Shown here: piece after piece, positions 8,072 to 16,116 of the stretch
Layout: each line of letters begins with the position of its first letter
Numbering within the stretch: the first letter of the stretch is position 1
Assembly: GCA_026391215.1 (NCBI GenBank)
Contig: JAPLDX010000010.1
Coordinates: 1-16,626, forward strand
Reading direction: 5' to 3'
Source: Bacteroidia bacterium
GTDB lineage: Bacteria; Bacteroidota; Bacteroidia; Bacteroidales; VadinHA17
DNA length: 16,626 nucleotides
Position numbers and translations under genes: made by a program
Notes under the pieces: generated by a model
Seen by the model: only the letters and a program-made list of their open reading frames with translations
Told to the model about the DNA's origin: nothing
Databases searched by the model: none

Positions 8072-9442
8072 ATGCAGATAAGGACAAGATTAACGTTGCA
8101 GTTTCTCCTCCTCGGCGGGTTGATTATGATAATTGCATCTGCTGCAACTTATTATTCCTCAGCCACTTTCCGTAAAGATGACTTTTATAACCGGCTTACA
8201 AACAGGGCCTGGAGTGTCACTAAAATGTTCATTGACACCTACGATCATGATGCCGAAATGGTAAAGAGGATGGAAAGGAATAATCCCCTCAGGTTGCATA
8301 ATGAGAAGATAACAGTGCTCGATTTCCGAAATGAGATATTATACACATCGGATGTTGATGGGGAAATAGAGATCAGAAACGATGTCCTTGAACGTGTAAG
8401 ATTAAGTGAAAGAGTAAAATACAGGCAGGGAGAATATGAAGTGCTGGGAGTATTATATACGTCGGTGAATAGCAGGTTTGTTGTTATTGCCGCCGCAACC
8501 GATACAGACGGATTTTCACACCTCAATATGTTGAGGATAATAATGATTGTCGTTTCCTTTGTCAGCCTTATCTTGTTTTTTATAGCCGGGTGGTTTTATT
8601 CCGGACGTGCAATGAAACCAATATCCAATATGGTGAAAGAGGTTGATGATATTTCAATAACCAGCCTGAATCTGAGGGTTCCTGAAGGCAACGGAACAGA
8701 TGAGATCGGAAGGCTCGCGAAGACATTCAACAAGATGCTTGAACGGCTCGAAATCTCATTTTCGATGCAGAAAAACTTCATTGCTAATGCATCACATGAA
8801 TTGAGAACGCCGCTTACATCCATAAACGGCCAGCTCGAAGTTCTGATGATGAAGGACCGGTCAACTGAAGAATACAAATCCTCACTTGCTTCCGTTCTTG
8901 ATGATATAAGATCCCTTATTAACCTGTCAAACAGACTGTTGTTGATAGCACGCACCAGCGCTGAGGGTCCCGTGAATTTCAGCAATAAGATCCGCCTTGA
9001 TGAAATTCTCTGGCAGTCGCGCGATGAGATGAAAAAGTTTAATGATGATTATCGCATCAATATCTCTATGGATGAATTACTTACTGACTCTGACCAGATG
9101 ATCGTAACAGGTGATGAGTTCCTTATAAAAACAGCCGTTTCAAATATCATTGAAAATGCATGCAAGTATTCTCCTGATCATACGGTTGACATAAGGATCC
9201 AGCATCCCGGAGAATGGATTGAGGTGGTTTTCAAAGACAGTGGTATAGGCATTTCTGAGGAGGATATAGTTAAGGTGTTTGAGCCGTTTTACCGTGGCGC
9301 AAATGCTCATTCTGCTTCAGGCAGCGGCATTGGGCTCCCTCTGGTCAGCCAGATTATCAAAAATCACAATGGCGAAATAAAACTCACATCGTTTCTCGGC
9401 AAGGGGACTACTGTGACTATAAAGCTGCCTTCGGCGTCATAA
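8072..9442 (+). CDS. HAMP-containing membrane sensor histidine kinase
   Basis: Two hydrophobic helices around a periplasmic domain, HAMP EIGRLAKTFNKM, H-box ASHELRTPL, N-box NIIENACKYS, G1 DSGIGI, F-box FEPFYR, G2 GSGIGL. ATG at 8072 lies 1 nt after the regulator stop. Confidence 0.95.
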   Translation: MQIRTRLTLQFLLLGGLIMIIASAATYYSSATFRKDDFYNRLTNRAWSVTKMFIDTYDHDAEMVKRMERNNPLRLHNEKITVLDFRNEILYTSDVDGEIEIRNDVLERVRLSERVKYRQGEYEVLGVLYTSVNSRFVVIAAATDTDGFSHLNMLRIIMIVVSFVSLILFFIAGWFYSGRAMKPISNMVKEVDDISITSLNLRVPEGNGTDEIGRLAKTFNKMLERLEISFSMQKNFIANASHELRTPLTSINGQLEVLMMKDRSTEEYKSSLASVLDDIRSLINLSNRLLLIARTSAEGPVNFSNKIRLDEILWQSRDEMKKFNDDYRINISMDELLTDSDQMIVTGDEFLIKTAVSNIIENACKYSPDHTVDIRIQHPGEWIEVVFKDSGIGISEEDIVKVFEPFYRGANAHSASGSGIGLPLVSQIIKNHNGEIKLTSFLGKGTTVTIKLPSAS

Positions 9443-9455
9443 TCACCCCCGAAAA

Positions 9456-9494
9456 TTTAATCACATTTTAATCTCCTTTTAATACTTGTTTAAT
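9456..9494 (+). promoter_or_regulatory. Four TTTAAT direct repeats at 11-bp periodicity, probable OmpR-family regulator binding site
   Basis: TTTAAT starts at 9456, 9467, 9478 and 9489. One-helical-turn tandem repeats are typical of OmpR/PhoB sites. Confidence 0.75.
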
Positions 9495-9504
9495 AGCAGG
9501 AGCT

Positions 9505-9512
9505 TATACTTG
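9505..9512 (+). promoter_or_regulatory. Candidate -7 element of an activator-dependent promoter
   Basis: TATACTTG, one mismatch to TAnnTTTG, 10 nt after the last TTTAAT box; the expected -33 position is occupied by the repeats. Confidence 0.5.
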
Positions 9513-9516
9513 CACC

Positions 9517-9587
9517 GGTTAGTTTGCATAGTCAATTTTTTAATACTCAGGGAAACCTGTGAAGTTCCACAAGAGTAGGTTCCTTTT
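9517..9587 (+). ncRNA. Candidate small RNA or structured 5' leader antisense to the susC translation start
   Basis: Begins just after the -7 element; 9523-9543 is complementary to the susC mRNA start region; then a hairpin GG-A-AACCT...AGGTT-CC followed by TTTT. The ends are inferred. Confidence 0.5.
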
Positions 9588-9611
9588 GGACTCCTGGTTA
9601 AAACCTGAAAA

Positions 9612-9648
9612 AATTAAGTAAGTGATTTGAAAGAATCACTTTTTAATT
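9612..9648 (+). terminator. AT-rich hairpin, weak terminator or attenuator candidate
   Basis: AAGTGATT-TGAAAG-AATCACTT (9620-9641) followed by TTT, extendable by AATTAA/TTAATT. Confidence 0.35.
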
Positions 9649-9706
9649 AAATGGAACTGAAGATAAAAGTTAAAAACGATAATTGCGCTACACTCTAACT
9701 TTCCCC

Positions 9707-11416
9707 ATGAAAAATAGTTTATTTTCTCATTTATTGAAAGTACGTCTGGAACGGACGATACATTGCACTTATGCTGTTTACATGTCTGTCATGCTTGTTT
9801 TACTTGCCGGATGCCGGTCAGATAATAAAACAGCTGACCGGAATAAACATGGCGCCCCTCCTGCTGCCAGCAATGATTTCTTCCAGGAGATCGGATCTGA
9901 GATCGGAATAGATTTCATTCATTCCATTGGCGATAATGAGCTGACCAATATTATTGAATCAAGCGGTGGCGGTTCAGCTTTTTTCGATTATGACCAGGAC
10001 GGGTTTATGGACCTTTATATCTGCAGCGGCACCTGGATTGAAGGATTCAGCTCCGGTGAAAAACCTGAACAGCTGCCGGGAAACCATCTATATAGAAACC
10101 GTGGCGATGGTACATTTGAAGATGTTACCAGAAAAGCAGGTGTCAGCGGACCCTGGTACAGCATGGGCGTGACTGTAAGTGATTACAATAATGATGGTTA
10201 CCCTGATATATACCTGTGCAATTACGGCCCGAATGTCCTTCTTGAAAATAATGGCAACGGATCATTCACTGATGTCACGAAGAAATCAAATACGGCCGGA
10301 GGCAATGAATGCAGCATCGGAGCCGTATGGTTAGATTATGATAATGACGGACTACTCGATCTGTACGTGGGAAATTACCTGGCTTTTGACCCTGAGTACA
10401 AATATTTTTATGCCCCTGACGGTTTTCCCGGACCTATGGCTTATGACAGCCAGAAGGATGTTCTGTACCATAATAAAGGTGAAGGGGTCTTTGAAGATGT
10501 AACTGAAAGGATGGGCCTCAACGACCAGGACGGAAGGGCTATGGGTGTCGGGGCTATCGATTATGACGAAGATGGATATGTTGATATATATGTAGCAAAT
10601 GACCATACCCTGAACTACCTGTATCATAACAATGAAGGCAAAAGCTTTACTGACAGGGGTACAATGTCGGGAACAGCTTTCAGCCAGGGTGGCGAAGCAA
10701 CGGTAAGCATGTCGGTGGATTTTGCCGATTATAATAATGACAGTCTGCTCGATATGTTTGTATCCGACGACACATATTGCTCTCTTTACAGGAACGATGG
10801 CAACGGAACATATTCTGATATGTCCTATCCATCAGGACTGGCAGTGGCATGTGCCCAGTTTGTAGGATGGTCATCATCATTTATTGATTATGACAATGAC
10901 GGGGATGTTGATATTTTCAAAGCAAACGGCGCTCTGAAACATCTGTACGGACAGGAGGATCAACTGTTTGAGAATGTCGGGGGAGAAAAATTCGTGGATG
11001 TATCGCTTGAGATGGGAGAATATTTTAGTAAGGAATATGTCGGGCGCGGAGCCTGTATGGGGGACTATGACAATGACGGAGACATGGATATACTTGTTGT
11101 GAACCTTAATGATAAAACCAGGTTTTTACGCAATAATAAAGGGAACCAGAATAACTGGATATCGCTTAACCTGACAGGAACTACAAGCAATCGTGACGGA
11201 ATCGGTGCAAGGATCAAGATCAGCGCAGGCGGCAAGGAGCAGATAGCCCAGAAGAAAGGCACGACAGGTTATCTTTCACAGAATGATCCGCGGGTCCATT
11301 TCGGACTGGCTGAAAATAAAATGATTGAAAAGATTGAAATAAAATGGCCTTCAGGAAAGATACAGACACTTGAAAATGTTAAAGCCAATCAGATCCTTGA
11401 AATTAAAGAACCTTAA
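9707..11416 (+). CDS. CRTAC1-family FG-GAP beta-propeller lipoprotein with C-terminal ASPIC/UnbV domain
   Basis: Lipobox LLAGC; seven DYD/NxDG-type Ca-binding repeats (DYDQDG, DYNNDG, DYDNDG, DYDEDG, DYNNDS, DYDNDG, DYDNDG); C-terminal SNRDGIGAR...GYLSQNDPRVHFGL...IKWPSG. Start uncertain: TTG 9683, ATG 9707 or ATG 9782. Confidence 0.9.
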   Translation: MKNSLFSHLLKVRLERTIHCTYAVYMSVMLVLLAGCRSDNKTADRNKHGAPPAASNDFFQEIGSEIGIDFIHSIGDNELTNIIESSGGGSAFFDYDQDGFMDLYICSGTWIEGFSSGEKPEQLPGNHLYRNRGDGTFEDVTRKAGVSGPWYSMGVTVSDYNNDGYPDIYLCNYGPNVLLENNGNGSFTDVTKKSNTAGGNECSIGAVWLDYDNDGLLDLYVGNYLAFDPEYKYFYAPDGFPGPMAYDSQKDVLYHNKGEGVFEDVTERMGLNDQDGRAMGVGAIDYDEDGYVDIYVANDHTLNYLYHNNEGKSFTDRGTMSGTAFSQGGEATVSMSVDFADYNNDSLLDMFVSDDTYCSLYRNDGNGTYSDMSYPSGLAVACAQFVGWSSSFIDYDNDGDVDIFKANGALKHLYGQEDQLFENVGGEKFVDVSLEMGEYFSKEYVGRGACMGDYDNDGDMDILVVNLNDKTRFLRNNKGNQNNWISLNLTGTTSNRDGIGARIKISAGGKEQIAQKKGTTGYLSQNDPRVHFGLAENKMIEKIEIKWPSGKIQTLENVKANQILEIKEP

Positions 11417-11428
11417 CTACCTCGCTTG

Positions 11429-12847
11429 ATGAATTATAAAAGGATTGCCAATATACTTGCTATAAATCTTTCGTGTATATTACTATTGTCGTGTAAAGGC
11501 ACGTCACATAATAATTTGCTTATCATCACCCGGGTACCTGGGAATTTTCAGAATCAGGAGTTTATTACAGGGGAATCCTGGCGTTATGTCACTGGAGCCC
11601 AGATTGCAGTTCTTAATCCTGAAAAGTCAGGATCAATAAAGGTTCTCTCTGACAAGTTTTATTCAGCATGTTGCCCCGAGATCTCCTATGACGGTGAAAG
11701 AATTCTTTTTGCCGCTCAGCAGAAAGAAGGCGATCTCTGGCAAATATTTGAGATGGAGATTAAAAACCTTAAAACCAGTAGGCTCACATCCTTAAAGGAT
11801 AACTGTTTCGACCCGGTTTATCTTCCTTCCGGACGCGTAGCATTTACAGGATATATTGATAACGATACTGTTAAATCAGCCTATTGCCTTTTTTCATGTA
11901 AACCCGATGGCTCTGACACCAGGCAGCTTACCTTTGGTCCGTTTTCCTCATATGCCACAGCTGTTCTGAAAGATGGCCGCCTGCTGACAATAAACCGTCA
12001 GTTGCTTCCTGACAAAAGGGATCCTATGCTTATGGTTCTACGTCCTGATGGAACAAAAGCGGATATTTTCTATAAAGGTCCGGATGGAACTAAGATAATC
12101 AGTCGCGGACGGGAGACAGCAGATGGCAAAATTCTGTTTATTGAAACAGAAAACGGCAATGCTCCTGAAGGAAATCTGATCTCTGTCAGTTATAACCGCC
12201 CTCTGCATACCAGGATCAACCTTAGTTCTGAAATCGATGGCAGCTTTAATTCCGTTCTGCCTATGCAGTCAGGAAATCTGTTAGTATCCTGGCGTAAATC
12301 AGATTCGGACCATTATTCACTTTATGAATTTGATCCGGCAGAAAAAGCTCCTGGTAAAATTCTTTATGATGATCCGGAATATAATGTGCTGGATGTTATT
12401 GAAGCTGTTAAATATGAAAGACCAAAAAAGCTGCCAAGCGAGGTGGACTACCAGGTAAAAACCGGATTGCTCCTCTGCCAGGACATCAATTACATGGGAT
12501 TTCAGTCTGCCGGAAAGGACGCAGGCATAAAAACATCACGGATTGAAGTAATAGGTATTGATTCAACATATGGTGTCGTTCAGGTTGAAGGAGACGGATC
12601 GTTTTATCTTAAAGTAATTGCCGATACTCCATTTCAGATCCGGACTCTTGATGACAAGGGTAATGTTCTCAACGGACCCAGTTCATGGATATGGCTTCGC
12701 CCAAATGAAAGGCGCGGATGCGTAGGATGTCATGAGGATCCGGAAATAGTTCCTGAAAACAGAGTCTCTTTTGCCGTAAGAAAGGCACCAGTGATAATAC
12801 CAGTACATATAACTGAAGTCAGGGAAAAAATCGTGGAGCTTGAATGA
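11429..12847 (+). CDS. HzsA-related lipoprotein: TolB/PD40-like propeller plus hydrazine synthase alpha middle-domain-like region with one c-type haem motif
   Basis: Lipobox LLSC; PEISYDGERILFA, FDPVYLPSGRVAF, PDGSDTRQLTF repeats; GVVQVEGDGSFYLKVIADTPFQIRTLDDKG...SWIWLRPNERRGCVGCHE, with CxxCH at 12719-12733. Confidence 0.75.
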   Translation: MNYKRIANILAINLSCILLLSCKGTSHNNLLIITRVPGNFQNQEFITGESWRYVTGAQIAVLNPEKSGSIKVLSDKFYSACCPEISYDGERILFAAQQKEGDLWQIFEMEIKNLKTSRLTSLKDNCFDPVYLPSGRVAFTGYIDNDTVKSAYCLFSCKPDGSDTRQLTFGPFSSYATAVLKDGRLLTINRQLLPDKRDPMLMVLRPDGTKADIFYKGPDGTKIISRGRETADGKILFIETENGNAPEGNLISVSYNRPLHTRINLSSEIDGSFNSVLPMQSGNLLVSWRKSDSDHYSLYEFDPAEKAPGKILYDDPEYNVLDVIEAVKYERPKKLPSEVDYQVKTGLLLCQDINYMGFQSAGKDAGIKTSRIEVIGIDSTYGVVQVEGDGSFYLKVIADTPFQIRTLDDKGNVLNGPSSWIWLRPNERRGCVGCHEDPEIVPENRVSFAVRKAPVIIPVHITEVREKIVELE

Positions 12848-14889
12848 GTATGAATAAGATTTATAAAAAAATAAGCATAACTGCCGGAGTTATTATTATT
12901 CTGGGAGCAATCACATATCCTCCCTTCCACCGCTGGAGCAGGTCGCACGTTAATTATCTGACTGCCACGGAAGATCATCCTCTGAATTGCCTGTCGTGTC
13001 ATTTGCCTAATCAGAAAGATGGGATTATTGCGGAAATGGTGAACGCAGATTATTATTCACCTTTTAAACTGGCAATATCCGATGATGGGAAAAAGCTGTT
13101 TGCTGTTGCTGAAGAAGGCAATTCGTTACTGATCATTGATACTGAAAAAAAAAAGGTTTTGGATGAAATCCCGGTTGGTATCCGCCCTCACAGTGTAGTG
13201 ATTGATAATGACAAAAACATAGCTTATGTGACCAACCAATGGTCTGATAATGTATCGGTTATAGACCTGAACAATAATAGTGTAGAATATACACTTAAAA
13301 CAGGGAATGGCCCTGCCGGAATTGAGCTGAGCTCAGATAAGCAATTCCTGTATGTGGTGAACTCATACAGCTCCGATCTGTCAGTGTTTGACCTTGCTTC
13401 CGGAAGAGAGCAGAAAAGGCTGACAACCGGAAATAATCCCACAGGAATAACAATGTCTCCAGATAAAAGCAAGCTTTATATAACGAGCCGGCGTGCACTT
13501 ATTGCACCCTACGGAGATCCCGTAATTTGCCAGCTTTCAGTTGTTAATGACAACAACCAGAGGATCGCTGAATACAGGGATGTGGAATCAGCTTATATGA
13601 TGGAAAACATTGCCTTTACACCCGAAGGCGACCTGGCACTGATCCCGCTTATAAGACCAAAAAACCTTGTTCCTTCAATCCAGGTGGAAAGAGGTTTTAT
13701 TATGACCAACGGCATCGGAATAATAGAGCAGAAACCTGACGGAAGAATATTACAGCTGCTGCTTGATGAGCCAAATAAATATTATGCTGATCCCTTCGAC
13801 ATCGAGATAACTCCTGACGGAAAGAGGGCTTTCGTGTCACATGGGGGTGTTGATTGTATATCAGTCATTGACCTTGACTCCCTCAGGGCATTGATAGCCG
13901 TCACCTCGTCTGAAATGCTTGATCACTTTTCCAATCACCTGGGGATCAGCACCAGGTTCGTCATAAAGAGGATCCCTACAGGGGCGAATCCGAAAGGCAT
14001 GGTCCTCTCCCCTGACGGCAAGCTTCTATATGTTGCCGAGCATCTTGAAGACAGGATCGCAGTCATAAATACCGAAAGCCTTGAAACAGTAAACACAATC
14101 GACCTTGGCGGTCCGCGGCGGATAACTGTTGCACGCCACGGGCGCAGGCTGCTTAATAGTGCCGGCCATACTTTTCAGACACAATATTCATGCTTTACCT
14201 GCCATCCCGACACTCATGAAGATGGCCTGGTATATAACATGGCTTCAAAGGATATGGGGCGAAACCTGACCAACACTCAGTCACTGCGCAATATCGGCGA
14301 TACACCTCCCTATAAATGGAACGGCAAGAACCAGACTGTATACAAACAGGACGGCTTGCGCTTTTCAACGGTGCTTACAAGGACAGAAGCTTTCTCATAT
14401 AAAGAGCTTGATGCAATAACAGCATATATTATGACAGGGATTCCCAATCCGCCCAACCTTCTTCATAATCCGGCAGGAGAACTTACGCCGGCTCAGCAGC
14501 GGGGAAAGGCTATCTTTGAACGGACAGTCGATTTTAAAGGGAACGAAATACCTGAAAAGAATCGTTGTGTCACCTGCCACCCTGCTCCATATTTTACAAA
14601 CAAACAGATGTTTGATGTTGGGACACTTGCTTCATCAGATGATTCAATCCTTTTCGATACACCGCACCTTAATAATGTATTTGCTTCACCTCCATATCTT
14701 CATGACGGACGTGCTGCAACACTCGAGGAGATATGGACTCTGTATGGCAAAACAGAACAGCATGGTATTGTGAACGATCTGACCAAAATACAGCTTAATG
14801 AACTTATTGAATATCTGAAATCTTTAAGGGACCCGGCATACGAAACAAAAAGAACTGAAAAACAACTCGCATCAATGTCACATAATTAA
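12844..14889 (+). CDS. YVTN/YncE-type beta-propeller fused to a di-haem cytochrome c peroxidase/MauG-like domain, with an extra N-terminal CxxCH
   Basis: N-terminal hydrophobic anchor; CLSCH (12988-13002); propeller repeats (IPVGIRPHSV, AYVTNQWSDNVSVID, TGNGPAGI, TGANPKGM); CFTCH (14191-14205), NTQSLRNIGDTPPYKWNG, RGKAIF, CVTCH (14566-14580), DTPHLNNVFASPPYLHDG. ATGA overlap with the upstream stop. Confidence 0.85.
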   Translation: MSMNKIYKKISITAGVIIILGAITYPPFHRWSRSHVNYLTATEDHPLNCLSCHLPNQKDGIIAEMVNADYYSPFKLAISDDGKKLFAVAEEGNSLLIIDTEKKKVLDEIPVGIRPHSVVIDNDKNIAYVTNQWSDNVSVIDLNNNSVEYTLKTGNGPAGIELSSDKQFLYVVNSYSSDLSVFDLASGREQKRLTTGNNPTGITMSPDKSKLYITSRRALIAPYGDPVICQLSVVNDNNQRIAEYRDVESAYMMENIAFTPEGDLALIPLIRPKNLVPSIQVERGFIMTNGIGIIEQKPDGRILQLLLDEPNKYYADPFDIEITPDGKRAFVSHGGVDCISVIDLDSLRALIAVTSSEMLDHFSNHLGISTRFVIKRIPTGANPKGMVLSPDGKLLYVAEHLEDRIAVINTESLETVNTIDLGGPRRITVARHGRRLLNSAGHTFQTQYSCFTCHPDTHEDGLVYNMASKDMGRNLTNTQSLRNIGDTPPYKWNGKNQTVYKQDGLRFSTVLTRTEAFSYKELDAITAYIMTGIPNPPNLLHNPAGELTPAQQRGKAIFERTVDFKGNEIPEKNRCVTCHPAPYFTNKQMFDVGTLASSDDSILFDTPHLNNVFASPPYLHDGRAATLEEIWTLYGKTEQHGIVNDLTKIQLNELIEYLKSLRDPAYETKRTEKQLASMSHN

Positions 14890-14900
14890 TAAGAATATCT

Positions 14901-16097
14901 ATGAAGAACCTGATAAAAACCCGTTCCTTTAAAAATATATTATATGCTATTGTACTGATAGTTATTGCAGGAATATTGATTTTTATAAAGCCCGGCAATA
15001 CCGGTGACAATCAATTGCCTGTTAAAGAAACGGTTGTCAGCAATAATGAGAATACCTCTGAAGTTACGCCGGGAAGCAGTTCTGGTGTCATTAAGGAAGC
15101 AAAGGCAATGCCTGTTTACGGTAACTGGCGTAATTTCACAACAAAGGACGGGCTTCCTTCAGATAAGGCTTATACCGTCCGCATTGACGGTGATCGCGTG
15201 CTCGTAGGCACTCACGGCGGTATGGCAGTATATGAAAAAGGAAAATGGCGCACATATACAACAGAGGACGGCCTTGCACATAACGGGGTCGTTTCTATTG
15301 ATGTATCCAGGCTTACCGGGGATGTCTGGATTGCAACTTTCGCAGGACTTAACCGCTGGTCAGGAGGTAAATTTGAAACCTTTAACCAGTTCAACAGCGG
15401 TCTGCCCAACGACCTGGTATACAATGTTTTTTGTGACGGGAAAGATATATGGGTAGCCACCGGCGGGGGTGCAGGTCATTACGATACTTTCACCAAAGAA
15501 TGGGAGATATTCACGGAAATGAATGCCCCGATGCATGAACCATGGTCCTATGCCGTTTCAGCCGGTGATGGGAAAGTATGGATCGCCGCCTGGGGAGGAG
15601 GAGTGATAGAATATACTTATGAGACAAAACATTTCAGGGATTATGTTGACCCTGACGGCTTCATGGAAATAGACCTCCAGCCTGACGATGGTATTATTCA
15701 TGATATAACAACCGCCACATCTTATGCAGACAGTATTTTGTGGGTTTCAACTTATTTTGGGATGAGCCGCTATGACGGCAAAAACTGGAAAGGCTACTTT
15801 AAAGAAGACAGCGGCCTTGCCAGCAATTTCATTAACTTCCTGAGAGCTGAAGGTAAAGTTGTATTTGTCTGCTGTGATAACGGGCTGAGTACTTTTGACG
15901 GGACAACCTGGGTTACATATTTAAAAGATGACAACAGTGAAAACGGAAAAGCTATAATAACCAATGGTACAGAAAAGAAAGAAGTCCCTTTATCGCCGTC
16001 TATTGCCCATAATTTTATTATAGGCGTGGATGCTGAAAATGATGTCCTCTGGGTTGCTACTTCAAAAGGTGTAAGCCGCGGGGAAATAATAAGGTAG
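14901..16097 (+). CDS. Stand-alone two-component-regulator-propeller (Reg_prop) repeat protein, membrane-anchored or exported
   Basis: N-terminal hydrophobic helix, low-complexity linker, repeats FTTKDGLPSD, YTTEDGLAHN, FNSGLPND, EDSGLASN with WIAT/WVAT strands; no kinase domain. Confidence 0.8.
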   Translation: MKNLIKTRSFKNILYAIVLIVIAGILIFIKPGNTGDNQLPVKETVVSNNENTSEVTPGSSSGVIKEAKAMPVYGNWRNFTTKDGLPSDKAYTVRIDGDRVLVGTHGGMAVYEKGKWRTYTTEDGLAHNGVVSIDVSRLTGDVWIATFAGLNRWSGGKFETFNQFNSGLPNDLVYNVFCDGKDIWVATGGGAGHYDTFTKEWEIFTEMNAPMHEPWSYAVSAGDGKVWIAAWGGGVIEYTYETKHFRDYVDPDGFMEIDLQPDDGIIHDITTATSYADSILWVSTYFGMSRYDGKNWKGYFKEDSGLASNFINFLRAEGKVVFVCCDNGLSTFDGTTWVTYLKDDNSENGKAIITNGTEKKEVPLSPSIAHNFIIGVDAENDVLWVATSKGVSRGEIIR

Positions 16098-16116
16098 TTG
16101 CTGATTTTTATAAAAA

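Noticed and set aside
7393-9442. Naming the system cusRS/czcRS (metal resistance)
   Set aside because: The resemblance is family-level only and no metal efflux genes are adjacent; the stimulus cannot be read from the sequence.
9550-9610. Resemblance of GGAAACCTGTGAAG...AAACCTG to a c-di-GMP-II riboswitch
   Set aside because: Only short words match my recollection of the consensus; the pseudoknot-forming complementary segments are not evident. An Infernal/Rfam search would settle it.
11429-14889. Calling these genes bona fide hzsA/hzsBC (anammox)
   Set aside because: The context is Bacteroidota (SusCD, TAnnTTTG promoters), the alpha-like protein is much shorter with one haem motif and no Tyr at His+4, and no HAO/HDH multihaem gene is in the window; no gene symbol was assigned.
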